From positions 1-64,000 of the IMG/VR virus record IMGVR_UViG_3300022654_000026: 64,000 nucleotides of DNA, one strand, 5' to 3'. This DNA is from a virus. Taxonomy: Duplodnaviria; Caudoviricetes. The position numbers and the translations under genes were made by a program. Positions 1 to 9,471 of this stretch are shown one piece after another. How positions within the stretch are numbered: the first letter of the stretch is position 1; each line of letters starts with the position of its first letter. The notes beneath the pieces were generated by a model. That model saw only the letters and a program-made list of their open reading frames with translations. It ran no database searches and was not told the origin of the DNA.

Positions 1-19
1 TCAGAACTCAGAGTTTAAG

Positions 20-1345
20 ATGGGTAAAGATTATAATGCGGATGACGTAATGGCCGAGCCAGTTCCATTTCCTAACCAATTGTTGTATTGTTCTTCTGCG
101 GGACGTACCGATCAATATTTCTTTAAAAAATATAAAGAATTTTCTTTGCGTATGTTCGCAGGAGATAAGCGATATTTTTGCGCAGATATTTCCTGTGACG
201 TTATTATCAATGCAACAGTGCACAATAAATTGTGGCCGGTTCCATTGTTGACTCAGGAAAAAGTTGATCAAGCTATGCGTGAAGATAAAGAAGCTGCCAT
301 GCGTGAATATAGAAACATATTTACATCAGAGGGTGGCGACGGTCAAATTATTAAACGAGCAGCTATCATCAGAAACTCAGTAACCAGACCGCCCAAATTA
401 AAAAATGAAGACGGTCTTAGTAAATGGGCGCTTTTATATGACCCTGCACGTTCCAAAGATAACTCTGTAATTTTATGTGCAGAATATTATCAAGATCCAG
501 TTGTTGGGTGGAAAATGCGCATACAAAATGTTGTCAATTTAATTAATTTAGAGAAAAAGCGCAAAACGCCTATGACTACTCCGAACCAGATAAAGGAGCT
601 TAAGAATTTGATATTGTCTTATAATGGCGAAGGTCGCGCTGATTATGAAAACATTCTCAGCATTTGTATTGATGCCGGTTCTGGTGGTGCGGGAGTTAAT
701 ATCTCCGACTTCCTTTGGGAAGATTGGGAAGATGAAGATGGCAACGTACACAGAGGATTGATAGATAAGGAATATAGTGTTGAAGAAGCACCATTATATC
801 CTAATGCCATTACAGACAAACTACATCTTTTACAACCTACAAAATATAAAGCGGAAATGTATAAGGCGCTTATCGAAATGGTTGATATGAATTTGATCGA
901 GTGGCCGAGTGAATATGATAATCGCGGATATATTACATTAATGTATGATGTTGATATTAAAACTGGTAAAAAGATACCTAGATATTCCGATCCGACTGAG
1001 AAGGAAGTCAAGGAGTTGTCTAAAAAGGGCATAGATGTAGTACGAGAGCAATATCATTTAGACGCCGATGAAGAAATTGCATTAAAACAAATTGATGCAA
1101 TGAAAACAGAGTTGGTGAATATATATAGATTTAAGCAATCAACAGGAAACGATAGATTTGATTTGGCTCCGGATAAAGTTGGAAAACTTCACGATGACCG
1201 AGCATATGTTGCCGCAATGGGAGCATGGGTATTACAGCAACTGCGTCGTGAAAATTTAGTTACCAGAAAAAAGAAAGATCCGAGCGAGATACTTTCTAAA
1301 CTTGAAGTTTCTGCCGGAAAACATATAGATAAAATATTTGGATAA
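20..1345 (+). CDS. terL: Terminase large subunit, C-terminal part (frame is open to the window edge, so the true start lies upstream)
   Basis: RNase H-like nuclease motifs LLYDPARSKDNS, IDAGSGGAG and HDDRAY, plus REYRNIF; lies directly before the portal-like gene. Confidence 0.85.
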   Translation: MGKDYNADDVMAEPVPFPNQLLYCSSAGRTDQYFFKKYKEFSLRMFAGDKRYFCADISCDVIINATVHNKLWPVPLLTQEKVDQAMREDKEAAMREYRNIFTSEGGDGQIIKRAAIIRNSVTRPPKLKNEDGLSKWALLYDPARSKDNSVILCAEYYQDPVVGWKMRIQNVVNLINLEKKRKTPMTTPNQIKELKNLILSYNGEGRADYENILSICIDAGSGGAGVNISDFLWEDWEDEDGNVHRGLIDKEYSVEEAPLYPNAITDKLHLLQPTKYKAEMYKALIEMVDMNLIEWPSEYDNRGYITLMYDVDIKTGKKIPRYSDPTEKEVKELSKKGIDVVREQYHLDADEEIALKQIDAMKTELVNIYRFKQSTGNDRFDLAPDKVGKLHDDRAYVAAMGAWVLQQLRRENLVTRKKKDPSEILSKLEVSAGKHIDKIFG

Positions 1346-1351
1346 AGGACG

Positions 1352-2866
1352 GTGAGGCCCGTGGAAACTAAAGAACAAATTAAATTGCTGCAATCAGAAG
1401 AAGAAAAGAAAAGGGCTTTATTTGCCGAACAATTGAAAAATGCTTTACAGCTGTTCGATCCGGAGAATCCACCGAATAGAACAACGACCACATATAGTAG
1501 AGACACTTTAAGAACATATTTGCGAAATCCAGCCACTGAGTCTAACAATAAACAGTTGCGTAAGTTAAGCAATTATTTATATACAGTTTCACATGTTTAT
1601 CGTAGGATGATTAACTTCAAGGCCCAGCAGATTAACTGCAAAACTTGGAGCGCATATCCAATCATTGATATGGTTGAAGAGAATGACGAAGAATCAATCC
1701 TCAAAGAATATGGTCGCGTAGTTAATATCGTAACTATGATGCACATGGAAACTCAGATATTGAAGGTTATGTTGCACGCGTGGAAAAATGGCGTGTTTTA
1801 TGGTTATGTATATGGAGATCCAGAGGGAGAAGGAACCTTTTATATTCATCCTTTAGATCCTGATTACTGTAAAATATCTTGCGCCTCATATGACCATGGT
1901 GTGCTTGGTTTCCTTTTTGACATGTCTTATTTCCGAGGAAATGAAGATATGCTGGAATATTATGATAAGGAATTTACTACTTTATATAATCAATATCAGA
2001 AAGATAATGTGAAGTGGAAGCAGCTTTCTTTGGAGAGAACAATATGCATTAAAATAGATCCAGATAATTTGGATTATGCAATTCCTCCACTAAGCGGATT
2101 AATGGAACAGATTATTTCTTTGACTGATCTTCAGGCAGCACAGAACGAAATTGATTCACTGCAAAATTATAAAATGGTTTGGGGTAAATTGGACACAATT
2201 TCTGGAACAAAGAGTCCAGACGACTTTGCTGTGGATTTGGATTTGGCTTTAGCATTTATGAAAAAACTTAATGCCTCATTGCCAGAAAATGTTGCATACG
2301 CTCTGTCTCCTTTGGATCTGGATGTCATAGAGTTTAAAGATAACGACGCAAGTGATAGCAATGTTTTAAGTAAAGCATATATGAATGTTATTGAGGCAAA
2401 TGGTTCTATTGTAATGAATTCCAATAAAATCACGAATTCAACAGCATTTAAGATGGCTATGCTTTCTGAGTGTCAGGATGCTATGGCTCCAACTACGCAA
2501 ATTAATGCGTGGTTAAAGTTTTATTTGAAATATAATCATAACGTAGAAACTATGGTTGTTGAATTTTCAGATATTTCTCCATATTTTATGGATGATGAAA
2601 TTGAAAAGTATATAAAAGCAGCCGGTCTTGGTATTCCCTTAAAGACGGAGCTTGCGTCAATGATGAAGGCCAATCCTCAGAAGAGCTTTGGTATGGATTT
2701 CCTTGAGCGCCAACTCCTTGGACTTGGAATTGATAGATGGAATAATCCTCTCGTGTCATCGAATACACAAAGCGCAGATAGCGAGGGCGGTGCACCAAAA
2801 AAGCCAGAAAGTGAACTTGGTGATGAGGGTGTAGAAGACAGAGATCAGGATAAGAATACAAAATGA
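1352..2866 (+). CDS. Portal protein (start may be GTG 1361)
   Basis: 504 aa, follows the terminase; LRKLSNYLY, FYIHPLDPDYCKI and YAIPPL motifs; acidic C-terminal GGAPKK tail typical of Firmicutes phage portals. Confidence 0.8.
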   Translation: MRPVETKEQIKLLQSEEEKKRALFAEQLKNALQLFDPENPPNRTTTTYSRDTLRTYLRNPATESNNKQLRKLSNYLYTVSHVYRRMINFKAQQINCKTWSAYPIIDMVEENDEESILKEYGRVVNIVTMMHMETQILKVMLHAWKNGVFYGYVYGDPEGEGTFYIHPLDPDYCKISCASYDHGVLGFLFDMSYFRGNEDMLEYYDKEFTTLYNQYQKDNVKWKQLSLERTICIKIDPDNLDYAIPPLSGLMEQIISLTDLQAAQNEIDSLQNYKMVWGKLDTISGTKSPDDFAVDLDLALAFMKKLNASLPENVAYALSPLDLDVIEFKDNDASDSNVLSKAYMNVIEANGSIVMNSNKITNSTAFKMAMLSECQDAMAPTTQINAWLKFYLKYNHNVETMVVEFSDISPYFMDDEIEKYIKAAGLGIPLKTELASMMKANPQKSFGMDFLERQLLGLGIDRWNNPLVSSNTQSADSEGGAPKKPESELGDEGVEDRDQDKNTK

Positions 2867-2868
2867 TT
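2855..2868 (+). promoter_or_regulatory. Recurring motif AATACAAAATGATT (putative late promoter/operator), exact copy
   Basis: Exact copies at 2855, 4815 and 11538; variants at 40993, 52173 and 3821. Confidence 0.5.
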
Positions 2869-2885
2869 AAAGAGGTATTGCTACA

Positions 2886-3062
2886 ATGAATAATTTTATT
2901 AAGACGACAGATAAACCAACTGCAGATAAATTGATAGCAGAGGGATTTAAGCTCGTGTCTCATATTGGCAATGTCTATACTTTTTTAAATGAGAGTCCAA
3001 AGAATTTCAATTTTGAAGAAGTTAAAAAGAATATTGCTTATACGAATATGTTGAGTTTGTAA
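2886..3062 (+). CDS. Small hypothetical protein, 58 aa (MNNFIKTTDKPTADKLIAEGFKLV...YTNMLSL); absent from the ORF track
   Basis: Translated by hand; SD AGAGGT upstream of ATG 2886; fills the portal-protease gap. Confidence 0.7.
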   Translation: MNNFIKTTDKPTADKLIAEGFKLVSHIGNVYTFLNESPKNFNFEEVKKNIAYTNMLSL

Positions 3063-3114
3063 TGTCCTCCTGTGGACTTGCAATAAATATCACTAAAGAA
3101 AGGAGGATAAGACA

Positions 3115-4812
3115 ATGGCAAAACAAATTTTAACTCTTGATAATTTATATCAGTTTTTTGTACAACAGAATAAATCTGTTAATTTTAACTCTAAAGAGTC
3201 TGGTACGCCGATTATTGTTACAACGCAAGGATACTTTGCGACAGAAGAAGATGATATGCCTGGCATGCTAAAATTAAAGCTTAAGGTTTGTCATACTGAA
3301 ACTAACCGTAATGGTAGTCACATATCCAAAGAAAATATGGAAAAGGCAATGCCAACCTTAAAATACCGTCCAATTTTGGCGTATATTCATGAGTTGGAAG
3401 ATGGCACCAAGGACTTTTATGCTCACAATATGGAAATTGTAGAGAATGAAGACGGAGAGACTGAAATTAATTATTTAGAAAAACCGGTTGGCTGTTTTAC
3501 GGCAGATAACCCTTGGTTAGAGTATGATGAGAAAATGGATAAAACATATGTTATGGCATATGCTGTTATACCAGAGGGATATACTGAAACGGCTGATATT
3601 ATTAGAAGAAAAAATGGAACAAAAGTAAGCTGTGAACTTGTTATCAACGAGCTTGCCTACAATGCCAAAGAAAAATATCTTGATCTTATTGATTTTTATT
3701 TCAGCGGAACCACTCTTTTAGGGGTAGATGATAGAGGTAAAGAAATAGGTGAGGGCATGCTTGGCGCAAGAGGCGATATTGATGATTTCTGTCACAAGGA
3801 ACCTAAATTTGCATATCAAGACAAAATGATTGAGGTTTTAGAAAAGTTAAATACGACTTTATCTAATTTCAATAAGGAATCTGATAAGAAAGGAGGAGAT
3901 GTTGAGATGAATAAATTTGAAGAACTTTTGATTAAGTATGGTAAAACCGCAGAAGATATAACCTTCGAAATTGAAGGACTTTCCGATGATGAACTTGAGG
4001 CAAAGTTTGCGGAGTTATTTGATGATGATAATTCTGATGACGGCTCTGATGATGGTGCAGAAGGTTCTGATGAAAATGGAAATGATGATAACGGTGACGG
4101 AGAAGATGCCGGCAGCGATGATTCTGGCGAAGATGATTCTGGTGGTGAAGAAGGAAATACTTTCGAATCAAGAAAGTCATATTCCACTGATGAGAATGGC
4201 AATGTGACTATTACTTTTGAAATTTCTCACGAAGATATTCGCGGTGCATTGTTTAATCTTCTTGGCGTTTATGAAGAAGAAGATAACGAGTGGTATTGGG
4301 TAACCAATGTTTATGACGATTATTTCATCTTCGAAAACTGGGCTGGCAACAAACTGTATAAACAGCCTTACTCTGTAGATGGTGACAATGTTTCTCTTTC
4401 TGGAGATAGACAGGAAATGTTTAAGATGATTCTTACTGAATCTGAAAAACTGGCTATTGAAAAAATGAGAGAGGATTATGCTGCTCTTGAGACGGAGTAT
4501 AACAAACTCAAGGCTTTCAAGGATAATTTTGATGCTGCGGAAATTAAGGAGAAGAAGAATGCTATTCTATCTAGAGATGAATATGCTATTCTTGCCGAAG
4601 ATGATGCGTTTAAGGCATTAAAGTCTGAAATGGACAAATACTCTGTTGAGGATCTAGAAATCAAAGCAGATGTAATCTTTGCAAAGTTTGTTAAAGCAAA
4701 TGGCGATTTTGCTTCTAAAGATAAAGAAAAGAAGCCTATGGTCATTGGCTTTGGTTTACAGAAAAAAGAGGATAAGAAAAAGAAAGCATACGGAAAACTT
4801 TTTGATAATTAA
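3115..4812 (+). CDS. Prohead protease fused to a C-terminal scaffold domain
   Basis: SD AAGGAGG; CHTETNRNGSHI, PILAY and VSCEL motifs resembling prohead serine proteases; acidic linker and helical C-terminus; lies between portal and capsid genes. Confidence 0.75.
   Translation: MAKQILTLDNLYQFFVQQNKSVNFNSKESGTPIIVTTQGYFATEEDDMPGMLKLKLKVCHTETNRNGSHISKENMEKAMPTLKYRPILAYIHELEDGTKDFYAHNMEIVENEDGETEINYLEKPVGCFTADNPWLEYDEKMDKTYVMAYAVIPEGYTETADIIRRKNGTKVSCELVINELAYNAKEKYLDLIDFYFSGTTLLGVDDRGKEIGEGMLGARGDIDDFCHKEPKFAYQDKMIEVLEKLNTTLSNFNKESDKKGGDVEMNKFEELLIKYGKTAEDITFEIEGLSDDELEAKFAELFDDDNSDDGSDDGAEGSDENGNDDNGDGEDAGSDDSGEDDSGGEEGNTFESRKSYSTDENGNVTITFEISHEDIRGALFNLLGVYEEEDNEWYWVTNVYDDYFIFENWAGNKLYKQPYSVDGDNVSLSGDRQEMFKMILTESEKLAIEKMREDYAALETEYNKLKAFKDNFDAAEIKEKKNAILSRDEYAILAEDDAFKALKSEMDKYSVEDLEIKADVIFAKFVKANGDFASKDKEKKPMVIGFGLQKKEDKKKKAYGKLFDN
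3907..4812 (+). CDS. Nested in-frame scaffold protein from an internal start (MNKFEELL...)
   Basis: AAAGGAGGAG SD at ~3889-3898 before in-frame ATG 3907 (codon 265); motif ACAAAATGATT at 3821-3831; analogous to lambda C/Nu3. Confidence 0.6.
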   Translation: MNKFEELLIKYGKTAEDITFEIEGLSDDELEAKFAELFDDDNSDDGSDDGAEGSDENGNDDNGDGEDAGSDDSGEDDSGGEEGNTFESRKSYSTDENGNVTITFEISHEDIRGALFNLLGVYEEEDNEWYWVTNVYDDYFIFENWAGNKLYKQPYSVDGDNVSLSGDRQEMFKMILTESEKLAIEKMREDYAALETEYNKLKAFKDNFDAAEIKEKKNAILSRDEYAILAEDDAFKALKSEMDKYSVEDLEIKADVIFAKFVKANGDFASKDKEKKPMVIGFGLQKKEDKKKKAYGKLFDN

Positions 4813-4814
4813 AC

Positions 4815-4828
4815 AATACAAAATGATT
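4815..4828 (+). promoter_or_regulatory. Recurring motif AATACAAAATGATT upstream of the decoration/capsid genes
   Basis: Exact 14-mer in an intergenic position. Confidence 0.5.
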
Positions 4829-4831
4829 ATC

Positions 4832-4856
4832 AAGGAACATTGATATGTTCTTTTTT
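4832..4856 (+). terminator. Possible intrinsic terminator/attenuator after the protease gene
   Basis: AGGAACAT-tgat-ATGTTCTT followed by a T run. Confidence 0.45.
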
Positions 4857-4903
4857 AATATGCCTATTACTTTAAATAAATACAAAATTAGGAGGAAAAT
4901 AAT

Positions 4904-5392
4904 ATGGCACAGGATTTAATTAATAAGCACTGGGTCGCAGAGATTTCTCGTGTATCTGCAGTGTATGGCGATGGTCACATCCTGTCTGGAGAAATGGACA
5001 AGGATAGAGATAATGGCGAAATCGTAGCTCTTGGTGACTATAAGGCTGGCGAGTATTACGCAGTTGGTGCATTTACAGGCGCTTTTTCTGCAAAAGTTAT
5101 CGAAATTGTTTACAATATGGGTCGCACAATGGTTAGATATGAACTCCAGGATGATTGCGATGGCTATTTTGTACACAACCCTGAGACAATGGAGAATGAC
5201 TTCTTGAAGGTTTATCAGGAACTTGAGAACTACTACAATGCAAAGGGTAGTCGTGCAAGAATGTATCCAATGAAGAAACATGACGTATTTACTGTATCCG
5301 TTACCGCATTTGGACTCAAAGAGGGCGATCCTGCTCCTGCTATTGGCGCAACCGTTTCTTGGTCTGATGAAGCTGGCTATACTGTAGCATAA
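4904..5392 (+). CDS. Capsid decoration/cement protein
   Basis: 162 aa directly upstream of the major capsid gene; DNGEIV and YNAKGSRAR motifs; highly biased codon usage. Confidence 0.6.
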   Translation: MAQDLINKHWVAEISRVSAVYGDGHILSGEMDKDRDNGEIVALGDYKAGEYYAVGAFTGAFSAKVIEIVYNMGRTMVRYELQDDCDGYFVHNPETMENDFLKVYQELENYYNAKGSRARMYPMKKHDVFTVSVTAFGLKEGDPAPAIGATVSWSDEAGYTVA

Positions 5393-5412
5393 TTGAAAGG
5401 AGGAAATGAATT

Positions 5413-6519
5413 ATGAAGAATCTAATGATGTTTAACACAACTGTTCAGAATGCATTTGAAAATGATAATGAAAATCTTGTTTGTTTCGCTGAGCTCCTTC
5501 TCGATGCTGCTCGTGGTGAGGTAAAGGATTATTCCGCCAAGGAGGCTAATCAGAAGATCGTAGAGAAGTTTAGAGCTGCTCTCGGCATTGAGCCCACTGA
5601 TAGACCTCAGCATGTTAGACGTGCTATCCGCGCTAACAAGGATCTCGTGTTTACTCTGATTGAGGAAACCGTTGAAGAAATGATTATTACTGGCTGGATG
5701 GAGAATCCCTTCTTCATGCAGTTTGTTGAAGTTAAGAACCTGGCTCTTGGCGATGAGAATGACTTCTACGTTGAAGATGATTCCATCCTGAGCGTATCTA
5801 AGGTTTCTGGTAACCACCACAACATGATTAGACAGAGACTGGGCGCTGGACGTCACTTCTCCGTTGCTGGTGAGTGGTTCGGTCTGAAAATTTACGCAGA
5901 CTTTGAAAGAGTTCTAACTGGTGCAGAAGATTGGGCAGCTTTCGTTTCTAAGGTTGCAGAGGCTATCAACCGTTATCTGTATGATGCTCTTTATGCTTCT
6001 CTGAGAGGCGCTAAGGACAGCCTTGGTGCAAACTGGGTTAAGTCCGGTGCAATCGACACCGCTAATAAGTCAACTCTTGTAAAGCTTTGCCAGGATATTT
6101 CTATGGCAACCGGTTCTGAAGTAACCATTTTTGGTGCTCGTACAGCTCTTTCTTCTCTGACCGCTATGGCAGATGTAAATTGGGCTCCTGAATCTGTTAA
6201 GGAAGAGTATTACAGAAATGGTGGCATTCTTGGTAACTGGGAAGGCTTTGCTGTGGCTGAAATTGGTCAGGGTCTAAAGCGCGGAGCTGGCATTAACAGC
6301 GCTTCTGTTGAATATATGCTTGATACCGATAGACTTTATATCATTCCTACTAGCGTTGTGAATAAGTTTATCAAAGTTGTTAACTATGGTGAGACTCAGG
6401 TAAGCACCGTGACAGATAAGGATACCAATAGAGATATGTCATATGAGTATGAAGTACTCTATAAGATGGGTATCAATGTTATTCTTAATACCGTCTTTGG
6501 TGTATGGGAAATCGTCTAA
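5413..6519 (+). CDS. Major capsid protein
   Basis: 368 aa; strong SD; strongly biased codons (GCT/AAG/AAC); FMQFVEVKNLALGDENDF motif; position in the head module. Confidence 0.85.
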   Translation: MKNLMMFNTTVQNAFENDNENLVCFAELLLDAARGEVKDYSAKEANQKIVEKFRAALGIEPTDRPQHVRRAIRANKDLVFTLIEETVEEMIITGWMENPFFMQFVEVKNLALGDENDFYVEDDSILSVSKVSGNHHNMIRQRLGAGRHFSVAGEWFGLKIYADFERVLTGAEDWAAFVSKVAEAINRYLYDALYASLRGAKDSLGANWVKSGAIDTANKSTLVKLCQDISMATGSEVTIFGARTALSSLTAMADVNWAPESVKEEYYRNGGILGNWEGFAVAEIGQGLKRGAGINSASVEYMLDTDRLYIIPTSVVNKFIKVVNYGETQVSTVTDKDTNRDMSYEYEVLYKMGINVILNTVFGVWEIV

Positions 6520-6554
6520 TTGATTAGATAAATAGAGAAAAAGGAGAAAACATT

Positions 6555-7100
6555 ATGGCAAACGCAAAGAAAACTGCGGCGCAGGTAGAGGAAGTTGTAG
6601 AGGAACAGGTTGTGGAAACTCCTGTTCAAGAAATTAAGAAAACTAATAAGCCAAAACATGATCCGAGTGAACTAATCTTATGTAGAAGTGTTCGCTTTGG
6701 TGAACTTAGACTTATTGGACCAAAGACTCGTATGCCTTATAGCTGGGCAAACGAGGGAGACGTTAGAGAGGTTGAATATCAAGACCTAGTGTCTTGGAGA
6801 GCACTTCATTCTAGATATTTATTCGAGCCAATGATTATCATTGAGGACGAAGATATATGCGAAGAATGGAAGGCAGATCTCGGAGACCTTTATGATAACA
6901 TTCAACAGGTAAATCTTAAGGAAATATTTAAGCTTCCTATGAGACAATTTATTGCGCAGCTCAAAAAGCTTCCTGATGGTATGAAATCTACTGTACAAAA
7001 TATGGCATATTCAATGATTCAAGATGGTTCTCTTTATGACTTGAGAATGATTAAGGCCATTGATGAGATTTTAGGTACGGAATTAAAAATGATGATCTGA
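6555..7100 (+). CDS. Hypothetical head-module protein
   Basis: SD AAGGAG; 181 aa; follows the capsid gene. Confidence 0.6.
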   Translation: MANAKKTAAQVEEVVEEQVVETPVQEIKKTNKPKHDPSELILCRSVRFGELRLIGPKTRMPYSWANEGDVREVEYQDLVSWRALHSRYLFEPMIIIEDEDICEEWKADLGDLYDNIQQVNLKEIFKLPMRQFIAQLKKLPDGMKSTVQNMAYSMIQDGSLYDLRMIKAIDEILGTELKMMI

Positions 7101-7117
7101 TGTAGGAGGTGCCTTGA

Positions 7118-7540
7118 ATGACCTCTTATGCGAGTCTATATGAAAAGTGTTTATCAAAGATTGAAGATCCAACGTTGGTAACATTACCGGAGGAAGATCT
7201 TGAAAATATGCTACATGGATGGTTAATGAGCGCGGTTGCGAAGCATCGTAAATGCACACATGATTTAACCAGTCGTGACGAGAATCTAAAACAGTTTAAT
7301 TCTGATTTAACAGATATTGAACAGGAGATTCTTGCAATTATGATGGTTAGAGAGTGGGTCAGTCAACAGCTTCATAGCGTAACGTTAACCCTCCAAGTGT
7401 TTTCTGGCAAAGAAGCCAAATATTATTCGCAGTCACAACATATCGCAGAACTGCGCGAATTAGATGAAAGACTGCGTATAGAAGCACAAAAACTTTCTCG
7501 TGATTACACTTACATAGATAATGAATATTTTGATGATTGA
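7118..7540 (+). CDS. Putative head-tail adaptor
   Basis: 140 aa helical protein; FNSDLTDIEQEILA motif; synteny. Confidence 0.55.
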   Translation: MTSYASLYEKCLSKIEDPTLVTLPEEDLENMLHGWLMSAVAKHRKCTHDLTSRDENLKQFNSDLTDIEQEILAIMMVREWVSQQLHSVTLTLQVFSGKEAKYYSQSQHIAELRELDERLRIEAQKLSRDYTYIDNEYFDD

Positions 7541-7551
7541 GGGGTGTTCGT

Positions 7552-7854
7552 ATGGAAACTTGTTATGGAAACATCCCGTCAAATCAGGTTGAGAAGCAAA
7601 AAAAATATTTTTATGGCAGTCTTATAGATCTGCTTTATAAGCAGGAGGAAGGATATCCACTTTTGGATGTTCGAATTCAAACGCTAATAAATCAAATATA
7701 TGGCTCTAATAAGCTTTTTAATTTTCAGCCAGAAGTACTTTCAATTGTTAGTTTTTTAGAAACGGCTCGAAGAGAGCCTACACAATTCCGCAAATGTATT
7801 CTTGATGCCGCAAATTTAGTTGATACATTGAATGGCGGTGATTCCAATGTTTGA
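7552..7854 (+). CDS. Hypothetical protein
   Basis: SD GAGGGGTG before ATG 7552; overlaps the next start. Confidence 0.55.
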   Translation: METCYGNIPSNQVEKQKKYFYGSLIDLLYKQEEGYPLLDVRIQTLINQIYGSNKLFNFQPEVLSIVSFLETARREPTQFRKCILDAANLVDTLNGGDSNV

Positions 7855-8917
7855 ATCTTATAAAAACCGTATGGCTCATAGAGGCAGAAATATGAGTGAA
7901 ATGCTTCGTATGCAGTCCAATATGGTAATAGAGCAGACTTGGACGCGAGATCCTAATTATAGGCAAGTTTATGTTGTTAAAGTGAATAGTGGTTTGCCAG
8001 AAGTTACCGCAGCACATGAACTTATTGATGCCAAATTCAATATAAAAACTTATCAATCAATTACTTCAGATGAGGTTTCTTACCTGTTGCAATTTAGGCA
8101 TGGAGAAGAAAAGCGGAATCCAGATATTGCTTTAGGAAGTTATGTCTATATGGAAGATGAAGACCATGAATGGAAGTGGTGGATGATTTGCCATTTAGAT
8201 GAACGTCCTTATTTTAGGCAATATCAAATTCTTGAATGTAATTGGACATTTGGTTGGGTTACTGGTGGAAAGATATATCATTGCTTGGGCGTACAAAGAG
8301 TACAGCAAAGTTACAACTCTGGTAGTTGGGATGGCGACCGATTCACATTCGTGGACAATATCACGTCCGCATGGCTGCCTACAAACAATGATACATTGAC
8401 GATTGGTTACAATCAGAGGTTTCTGATTTCAGATCCTCGTAGACGTCCTCCTTTAGCGTGGTCTACAAGTAAAATTGAAGATACACAACCAGAAGGATTA
8501 ACAAAACTTAAGTTTACGCAGGAAAATTACAATCCAATAACTGACAATGTTGATCTGATGTTGGCTGATTATTGGGGTTCAACTATTGAACCGGAAGTTC
8601 CGGAGCCAGAAGTTGAGATTCTTGGAACTGCCGCAATTACATATAACGGAACTACACCTACTCTTAAAGTTGGTGGAAGTTTCAAAATATTTACTCCGTC
8701 ATTTAGTACTGATGGTGTAACGCCACAATCGTGGACAATTAGTGATGAAAATGGCGCAATTACTTCCGATATGGAAGATTACATCATAGAATATGACGGA
8801 AATAAATTAAAACTTAAAATAGCACAAAAGTATGAATTAGTTGGAAAAGTGCTTATTATTCAAGTTATTGGAACGGATGGAAGTAGCGCAGAATTGAAAA
8901 TGGAGGTGGTTGGATGA
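7847..8917 (+). CDS. Putative head closure/neck protein with a C-terminal Ig-like domain
   Basis: Beta-rich; C-terminal ITYNG..LKVGGS.K.F Ig-like pattern; synteny. Confidence 0.5.
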   Translation: MFESYKNRMAHRGRNMSEMLRMQSNMVIEQTWTRDPNYRQVYVVKVNSGLPEVTAAHELIDAKFNIKTYQSITSDEVSYLLQFRHGEEKRNPDIALGSYVYMEDEDHEWKWWMICHLDERPYFRQYQILECNWTFGWVTGGKIYHCLGVQRVQQSYNSGSWDGDRFTFVDNITSAWLPTNNDTLTIGYNQRFLISDPRRRPPLAWSTSKIEDTQPEGLTKLKFTQENYNPITDNVDLMLADYWGSTIEPEVPEPEVEILGTAAITYNGTTPTLKVGGSFKIFTPSFSTDGVTPQSWTISDENGAITSDMEDYIIEYDGNKLKLKIAQKYELVGKVLIIQVIGTDGSSAELKMEVVG

Positions 8918-9471
8918 TTAGGGATATACAAAATATCGATGACGATATTGTTCGTAAGAAGCGCATTATTTCAGAGATGATTTATAGTGATCCTGATATT
9001 ATTGAAGTTTTGGAAAATCCGGAACTTGATCCAAATTGCCCCGAAGAATATTTGTATACTAATATATATCCGTTCGTCCGCATTCCTGGTACACAAGATG
9101 TGTCGAAGAGTTTTATAACATTTATGCTTGACGACATGGAAACTGCTCAAACCAATAAAGCGATGAAATCACAATTTCTTAAAGTTGTTATATTTGTACA
9201 TAAAGATTTAGTGAAAACCAAGTGGGGTGCCGAAAGACATGACTTACTAGCATATCTAGTGAGAGACGTTTTTCATTTATCTAATAGTCTTGGTATGCAG
9301 CTTAACCTTGTATATAACCGCGAAGGAGTTACAGATGCAGACTATTGTACAAGAACTTTGCAATTCGAGATGACGACTCCTAATTCTATAAAACCATATA
9401 AAACGAATCCATATGAAAGAAAGTCTATTGTAAACAGACAAGACAACTCACTTCAGAGAGATAGTTTATGA
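8914..9471 (+). CDS. Putative tail completion/terminator protein
   Basis: 185 aa; ATGA overlap with the previous gene; IYPFVRIP and RHDLLA motifs; position before the tail tube gene. Confidence 0.5.
   Translation: MIRDIQNIDDDIVRKKRIISEMIYSDPDIIEVLENPELDPNCPEEYLYTNIYPFVRIPGTQDVSKSFITFMLDDMETAQTNKAMKSQFLKVVIFVHKDLVKTKWGAERHDLLAYLVRDVFHLSNSLGMQLNLVYNREGVTDADYCTRTLQFEMTTPNSIKPYKTNPYERKSIVNRQDNSLQRDSL

Noticed and set aside
4021-4155. GAT/GGC-rich quasi-repeat as a non-coding repeat element
   Set aside because: It encodes an in-frame acidic D/G/S linker of the scaffold domain
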